A DNA stretch of 53,790 bases, filler included, from Sphacelaria rigidula (Eukaryota): assembly GCA_964200075.2 (NCBI GenBank). It is 3 parts of 3 records of this genome, joined end to end, with 100 filler letters (N's around TTAATTAATTAA, not from the genome) between each part and the next. Parts side by side here need not be neighbours in the genome. Positions count along the whole stretch, not along the records: positions 35,929 to 53,790 come from CAXNAA020000978.1; 2 more parts are not named here. One strand, written 5' to 3'. The notes under the pieces were generated by a model. That model ran no database searches and had not been told where the DNA came from. It worked only from the letters and a program-made list of their open reading frames with translations. Positions 47,001 through 53,790 of the stretch are shown here, piece after piece. A program made the position numbers and the translations under genes. How positions within the stretch are numbered: the first letter of the stretch is position 1; each line of letters begins with the position of its first letter.

Positions 47001-50000
47001 TTCGGTACATTGTCGTGACGAGACACTACACTTACCCAATGTACTGCATTGCTGCCTGTACACCCCACTCTCTCGTCGCCCGCCCCCAACACACAGAAGT
47101 AGACCGGAGTTGAATGTTTTCCAGTTGTCGGCTTGAAAAAACGCGATTGATGGGGTAATGAAATCGAATTGTGCGGTCTGGGGCATATGAAAATGTGTTT
47201 GTCACCTTGTATATACTTCCAAGTATAGATTTGAAGAAGGGCAGATATGTATATTTTGCTCGATCCAAATGCACCAAATTGCTACTAACAACACGCGACG
47301 CAACACATTCCCAGGGCCGGACAAGAGGAGGACTCTGGCGACTCTGAGGGAGCCAACCCGTCGTACAATTCGCCGGCTAGCGGCATACCCACGCCGGTGG
47401 ATTCTCCTGTGGATGCGAAGAGCCGAAGGTCGGGGGAGGACGAGTCGGGATTGCCGCTTGCCCCCCCGTCCATGCACAGCGTTAGAAGCAACGGGTCTTT
47501 GGTGGTGGCGAATGGCACGTCGTCTTTGCTGGGGTGAGTCGCCGCACGGCGCTGCGCAGTACAAGTAGTGAGCTGCTCTGCTGCGCAGTACCGTGCTGTG
47601 CTGTCTTGTGCAGAAAGGAGTGAGGTGACTGAGGCGCATAATGGTTTGGATGGGTCTTCGTTGGCTGCGTGCGGTGTAGTACAGAAGGACAGAGGGGCAA
47701 AGGGAGGTTGGACGGTCGAGTATATTGAAGGGAGAGTACTTTGAACGTAGACGAATACGCCGAGTATGCGATGGAAAATAACGAGGCTACACCTTTTCAT
47801 TATATGTCATGATGTCTGTCCATAGTATCCCTAATCCTCATGATTTTGAAGTGCGGTATGTGATGTGTGCTGTGTTGAGGACGTAAATGTATATAATCTA
47901 CATATGTGTTGAAACTTTTGATGAAACGTTTGGCTTTCAGGCCGGATGTTATGTCAACAGATTTTTGAATCCTGGTGGAATAAATCCGCGGCAAATTTGG
48001 GTTTGGAAACGATCTTATGGCAGCACACTGATCTTCATATCAGTTTGTTCTGATTTGTATACCTCCATCAGGGTTTCGAGTTTTATGTGTAGCGTGTTTC
48101 AAGAGCTCACAGTGCCGTAGGTGTCTTATGTGTTGTGGTATGCTGTAGTGATGCAGCGTCACTGCCGCATAGAGACCATCACCACCCCACTAACACCAGT
48201 GCCGGTTCTTTCGAGCACATACATAAGCGACCATGCCCCCCTCGTTGCTGCTAAAGTTGAATCCTTCATCGAAGGATCGCAAAGCGACCCGCCAGACAGC
48301 GACAGTGCGCATCACATGTCTCCTCTCTCAACTTCTCTTCAATGCTTTTGCCAGGAGACCGACGAGCAAGGCGTGTCGTTTTTTTTCGTACGCACGAAGC
48401 GGGCTCATTGCGCGTCGGGTTCGGCGTGTGTTGTTGGTTGTGGTCGACAGTATCACTCACAAAGGCGCAGCTAGTACGCAGGCAGATGGGCAGATGAAAG
48501 AAAAACGGGGCGTGATCCCAATATGACGGTCTGCCGGCCAAAACGCAAAAATCTGTGCTTGTCGACCCCCGCCAGTTTGCCAAAAAAATCTGTGGGACCC
48601 GGGCCCCGAATCTTGGCCGCGAATTATTTTACCCAACGTTTTTAATAATCTGTATCCATAAGATGGATGTAACAGGAATTATTTCAATTCTGAAGATCCG
48701 CAGCCGAAAATCTGTTGCCATATCATCCGGCGTTACTTCTACACCGTCGCTGGCGGTGCAAGCTTCAACAAATATCCTAACGGCATGCGTTGATCCGGCT
48801 TGTTTTTGGGCCTGCTTACTGAGCTGTTCCAGACAGCCGCAAGAGCTCAGGAGGCGTGCTCGGAGCAGCATCACTCCGAGCGCGTTGGGATCGAACTCCG
48901 GGGTTCACAGTGGAATTTCCAGCAGTGCAACATCTACGGTCGCGTCGCCCGCGTTAGCAGGCGCCAGGAAAAAGGGCGGGGAAGATGAGGTGAAGAATGT
49001 TCTACTCTTTATTTGCAATGTGTGCTTCACTTGAGGATCCCCACTTCTGAAGTTCCTACTTCTTCAATTTTGATAACAGCTGTAGCGTTGTGTAGTGTAG
49101 CATGGTATCTCGAAACCCCAGTTTATCTGTACCAACGTCTTAGGCGAGAATGACTCGGGTTTCACTCTCCTGGATCTTTGTATGCCTCAACCAACGTGCC
49201 GTCTGAAGCATGTTTCCCATGAACAATTGATCTTGGGGATGGACGTTCCAGACGTGAACCCCCCCCCCCCCCCCCCCCCTCCCCAGAGAAGACTGACCAC
49301 TGGTACGCAAATTCTAAACAAGTACCGTATATACACGAACTCGCTACACATTCAGCAGCAAAAGCCACGTGCGGCGAAACCGCCATGCTTGTACTGTTGC
49401 TCTTAGTGAGCGTCTCGACCGCATCTTGTATGCTCAAGCACCCGGGTACAAAAGTTGGAGACTTATCTACCCACCCCGCACCTACTGAGATAAATCCTCT
49501 TGCTCCGGAAAGCTGACACGCATAGTGATCAGAACACAGCACACCGAGTTCCAAGGAAACACACGGCCGTCACCAATGACATATCTAAGGCAAAGATGAA
49601 ATCACGAGCAGCGAAAACCAAACCAATGCGTGAGGTCATAACTGCAGTATTGGGCTTTATCGGTGGCCTCCCAGTATGCTCGCTTGTTAGTGGGATGTAG
49701 GCGATCGAGCGAGCGGTGGCCGGCCGCCTAACCATTTTAGCCTGCTGCGATGCTATTTGTTCAAGAGCGCCTGACGATAAGTTGTTTCGGCGCGCGGACG
49801 TCCTGCTAGATCTTCCTCGTCTGCCGAATCGCCATCCTCGACGGGACTGTCAGGTCTCACAGCAGGCCGCGGGCGGGTAATGTTCTCACGTTTGTCAGTT
49901 TTTCTCTTCCCAAAAGCTAGTATGAGTCGGGCTGCCCTGTCCATCTCTCACTATTGTGCGTCGTTGCCCCCAACAGTACCAACCTTCCCCGCCCCACCCA

Positions 50001-50310
50001 CCCACCCCCTTTTTTTTCAAGTGTCGAAACGAAACGATCGAGCACATGGTGGCGGCCCAGCGAGAGGACGAGATGCGACGGGCGCTCATGAAGCAGGAAG
50101 AGATGGAGCAGCTGACGGGGTACGAACAGGAGAGGGTGCGGAGACAAGACAAGCTCAGGAAAAAAGGAAAGAAGGCGGTAGGCAGCAGAGGGCAGGCGGT
50201 CGCCGCCACTGCTGTCGGTGTCTCTTGGCTGACCGCCGGTATTGCAACGGGCGGTCTTGTGCTCGCGGGAGGGTTGGTTGCTGCCGGGGTTGCTATGGGG
50301 TCTGTGGGAG
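44015..50310 (+). CDS. PH-domain protein, 5' part; join(~44015..44226,45497..45551,46007..46158,47315..47533,48833..48989,50022..50310), continues downstream
   Basis: Phase-consistent GT-AG exons (2,0,2,2,0,1) give VVLEGWMKKRGGRINHWTDR-YYVLRERTLAQFGKGEDN-TSAEPKHVYELDPGCSISEIKEVKAGGKMIFLFQVNWP..., a clear PH beta1-beta6 pattern, then Ser-rich linkers, a coiled coil and a Gly/Ala hydrophobic segment. Start codon uncertain (frame open from 43889; acceptor candidate at 43924); small extra exons are possible; no stop reached. Confidence 0.8.
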
Positions 50311-51190
50311 GTGCGTGACGAGACGATCGAAGTCGTGGCTCTGAGGCTATTTTGTGGTGGGCACGTACATAATATTTTTGTGAACATGATGGATGAAGGT
50401 TGTGTTGTGGTCAAGCCTGCGATGGGGGGGGGCTAACGACCAAAAATCCTCTCGAAACAAGAAGTAATAAGAAACGCAGAGCAATAATGAGCACGTCAGG
50501 GGGTGGTCGCACCTGTGCCGAGGCCCTCACGAACAGAACACACGCTTCACCACTTATTAACATGGGTTTAGTACTGGACAGCTGTAGCACTTGAGATCGC
50601 GCGGTTCTCGACACAGGAAGAAAGCCGGCCCAAGGCACTTCACAGCCCCCCGCATACACATACTGTCGAAAACACCTTATTTTTCTATATTTGGGCTTAG
50701 TATGGCTTGGTACCACGCGCACACGCAAAAAAGTAGCTCGGTGACCTAGCTTGGGTGTGTGGGAAGTGCACGCAAGAAACCGCAGTCCAATCCTCTGCTT
50801 CGTTGCCGAGATCTAAGCGTTGAGCGATCGGCACTTTTGGGTTGAGGATCAGTAGCGTCTTTCGAGGTCAAAGATGGCAAATTCTCAAAAATCGGTGCGC
50901 ATTTTTTTTCTGCCCCAAGCAATTTGTGACAACATGCAGTTTGGTTGCGTGCCGCCAGGCGCTGCTTTGTCCTGTGCGGCTGTGCACAAAAGGTGATTTC
51001 GCCGTTGAACAGCGGGTATCCTTTCAACTGTCGAATTGCGGAGGGAGATTTCACAGAAAAAAAGACGAAGCTGACGGCTGCTTTGTTTCAGAGGGATCCA
51101 GTGCAGAAGCCAAGGCGTCGAGAGCGACTGTACAACGTGCACTGCTTTATATCTGCGGGTGATAGCGATCATATATTTAGTAACTGTCTA

Positions 51191-51559
51191 CACTTCCTCT
51201 GTGCCATAAGTTAAGGTCCCTATGATTGCACCGAGCCTTAAGGTTGTGATATTTTATTTTCGATATTTTTGTTGCACTCGTCGGCGAATTTTGAGCTCGA
51301 ACCCACATTCTTTCTCCAACGTGGGTGCTTGACCCATGAGCCGCGCGGCCGAGAAAAAGTAGGTGGGTCCAAAAACGACAATTTTTCGCTCGACGTGAAA
51401 ACGTCCAAAATCGGTCAATGATGAGGTGTAGATGGATCAAAAAGGGTCAAAATGGAGTATATTTCGATATATAACCCAACAACCGGATGATCGTCAACGT
51501 TGAAATACCAAAACGATTAAAAGCCCAAGAAGACTTTTACTTATGGCACACAGGAAGTA
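51191..51559. mobile_element. MITE with ~22-bp TIRs and TA flanks (Tc1/mariner-like)
   Basis: TA|CACTTCCTCTGTGCCATAAGT ... ACTTATGGCACACAGGAAGTA|TA. Confidence 0.75.
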
Positions 51560-52200
51560 TACTAATATAAGAATTAGATGCAAACTATGCAACGTTCGAC
51601 AAACTTCGTTTTGGGCTGTGTGTCGTTTGTACCAAATCGGGGCGGAAAAAATCAGGGGGAGGCACGATCTCACAACGGTTTCCCCCATTTGTTTTCGAAA
51701 AAAATGGGGAAGAAATCGTTGTGAGATGGTAACTCGACCCAATCTTTTTGAGGTGGCGTACGTGCGTCGACGTACAATGGTATCGTAGAAGGCGTTTGGT
51801 ATTTTTGCAACCGCAGCAGAAGACAGTCTCGTGACAGCGCAGGACGTGCCTGCCCGCGCCAGCTGCTGAAGCAGCTTCGCACGGGGCTCGACAAACGGAT
51901 ATTAAGTGCTGACGCCGTTTCCTGCCACAATGAAAATATTTTATGCTGCGCTACGCTGCCATATGTGTCACTGTAACGAACGGTACTGTACTCTCCTAGT
52001 CTGTTGTCGATGTACTAGCAGGGTGATGTGTGAGACTGCTGGGCCAGTGCACTCTGCCCGCGCACTAGTTGTTCACTGTTCTCGCGATACCGAGTGTGCC
52101 GTCATGTACTACCACACGGCATCATCATGTACTGTACTATTTGAGTGCACCGCGCTGTATTACCCTAGGGTTCCAGCGGAGAAGCCAGGGCGCCAATAGC

Positions 52201-52672
52201 GGTTTTATTTTCGACAACGCACTGACTATGTATGACCAGGTCAGCAGAGCCACGATGTTTCAAGTGACTGCCCGTGCGTACTGCAAAGAATATGTAAACC
52301 ATGAGATTTGCGCCCAACTTGCATCTTCGACCAAATGTTATTTTCTGGCAGCAATCAATATCGTGACATTCGCTTCTGTGGCGGTCCACCATGTGCTGCT
52401 CTGTTCTGTGGGGATGTGCGCAAAGGACAACCTCACGTATCTTTAGCGAATACCCTTTTGTCCCTTGGCTTGTAGAGAACAATTTCGCCGATGAAATACG
52501 ACTGTCTTGTGACGGACGTTTTCGAGACAGAACCGAAGGCGTCTGGATGAACGGTTTTTACTTTCGATGACACCGGCCATGTATGACCGGGTCGGTAGAG
52601 CCATGATGTTTCACGTGACTACCTTCACATACTGCAAAGAACATGTAAGCTATGCGACTTTCGCCAACTTGC
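52201..52672. repeat. Diverged direct repeat with ~350-bp period; a further partial copy at ~50880-51120
   Basis: ATGTATGACC.GGTC.G.AGAGCCA.GATGTTTCA.GTGACT...TACTGCAAAGAA.ATGTAA occurs at ~52228 and ~52579; GCTGCT.TGT.CTGTG.GG.TGTGC.CAAA.G occurs at ~50961 and ~52395. Confidence 0.75.
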
Positions 52673-53790
52673 TGTTAAAACGGGACACTGTACAGGCGAG
52701 AAGGAGCGCAGTCGATGACTCACCAATTCACCTCATTCGAGGAGCGTCGCACCCTCCAATATTACTATCCATCTCGTCTCGGCTAGCCTCTCAACTTTTC
52801 CCGTCACGTTTGTTTAACTTCATCCCTCATGAGATTTTGAAATGAGGGGATAGTTGACGTTGACACTGTTGATCTTGGCAGAGCATACCAGACCGTGCCC
52901 AAACGACTGACGAGATGTCTCCCACTCATGCCATGACCCTGACCCATGGGGCCCATGAAAAAATCATTCTCCGCTCCCGCACTCACAGCGATGTGTAGGA
53001 AATGCGGCGCGCAGCCAATCCGCACAGCATGAACCTCTTGACCGTCAACATCATCAACATCGTTCTCAGCAGTTTCCACATGCACGACGCTGTTGCTCAT
53101 GGTCCCCAAATTTCCGTACTTTCTCGTTCTAGCACCATGTTAGACACGCATTTCACTGCAGCTACGTTAGTGTGTGGCGGCCACAATTGCTGCTGTTCAT
53201 GTTCTTGTCTTGTTGTCTTCGCCATGGCGGTAAATGTGGGGTGGCAGCTCGGGGGCGTGTGCTTCTCCAGTAGAACAGCAGCTGGACACTAGCGCAGCAA
53301 GAGTCTCCACCCACTGATCTGGAGCGAGTTATCCGGAGGAACAAAATCATCGCAACACCGACCAATCACAGGCTTGAAGATATGTACTACTATATATATA
53401 GTACATTTCATTCGAGCCAGGTCATTGTTTTGAGGTGACGCGCGTGTTTCCTCTATGACTGATATGATTCGCCCGATTGCGGTCCATTTCCTACGCATAT
53501 AGCGCTTAGGGCGCAGTTTCCCGGAATATAGTACCCAAAATCGGGCCTCATTCCCACGCATAACTGTTCTGTCCAGAATCACGTACGATTTTTGTGAGTA
53601 CATTTGACGGTGTAGGCAGAGGTCAGTGTGTTTGTGACCCATCATGCACGTAACAGTTGATACGGGATTCATCGCACGGAAGCATGCCGGCAACTTATTT
53701 GCGGTAAAATCCACGGGTTCGCTTGGCCGTGCCGTGCTGTGCCGGCATTCATATGAGTAGTTGTCTTACAATCCCCCCCCCCCCACCCCC

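Noticed and set aside
49500-49880. Candidate extra exons of the PH gene
   Set aside because: Splice phases do not match the phase-0 junction between 48989 and 50022, which already joins cleanly.

Overview
Eukaryotic, intron-rich, repeat-rich genomic DNA, most consistent with a brown alga (Ectocarpales-like; inferred from the EsV-1-7 repeat gene, GT-AG intron style and repeat types). Four host genes can be reconstructed by hand: a PHAX RNA-binding-domain protein (+, 3 exons, 1453-3475), a complete alpha-tubulin N-acetyltransferase ATAT1/MEC-17 (-, 5 exons, 5606-9831), an EsV-1-7 cysteine-repeat protein with 16 tandem ~38-aa C-x4-C-x16-C-x2-H repeats in one exon (+, ~28666-31190), and the 5' part of a split-PH-domain gene (+, at least 6 exons, ~44015-50310, incomplete). 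A decayed DIRS/Ngaro-type retrotransposon (intact Gln/His-rich Gag-like ORF with a CCCH finger; frameshifted, truncated RT) occupies ~12003-16938. The rest is LINE fragments, tRNA-derived SINEs, several MITE/foldback families, minisatellites and two 100-bp scaffold gaps. The most interesting signal is the EsV-1-7 array: a near-invariant scaffold with a hypervariable residue at a fixed position in each repeat, followed by a tail with an NLS-like motif and SUMO-consensus sites, which suggests a TALE/PPR-like one-repeat-one-ligand code (hypothesis only). All calls are by eye; no database search was run.
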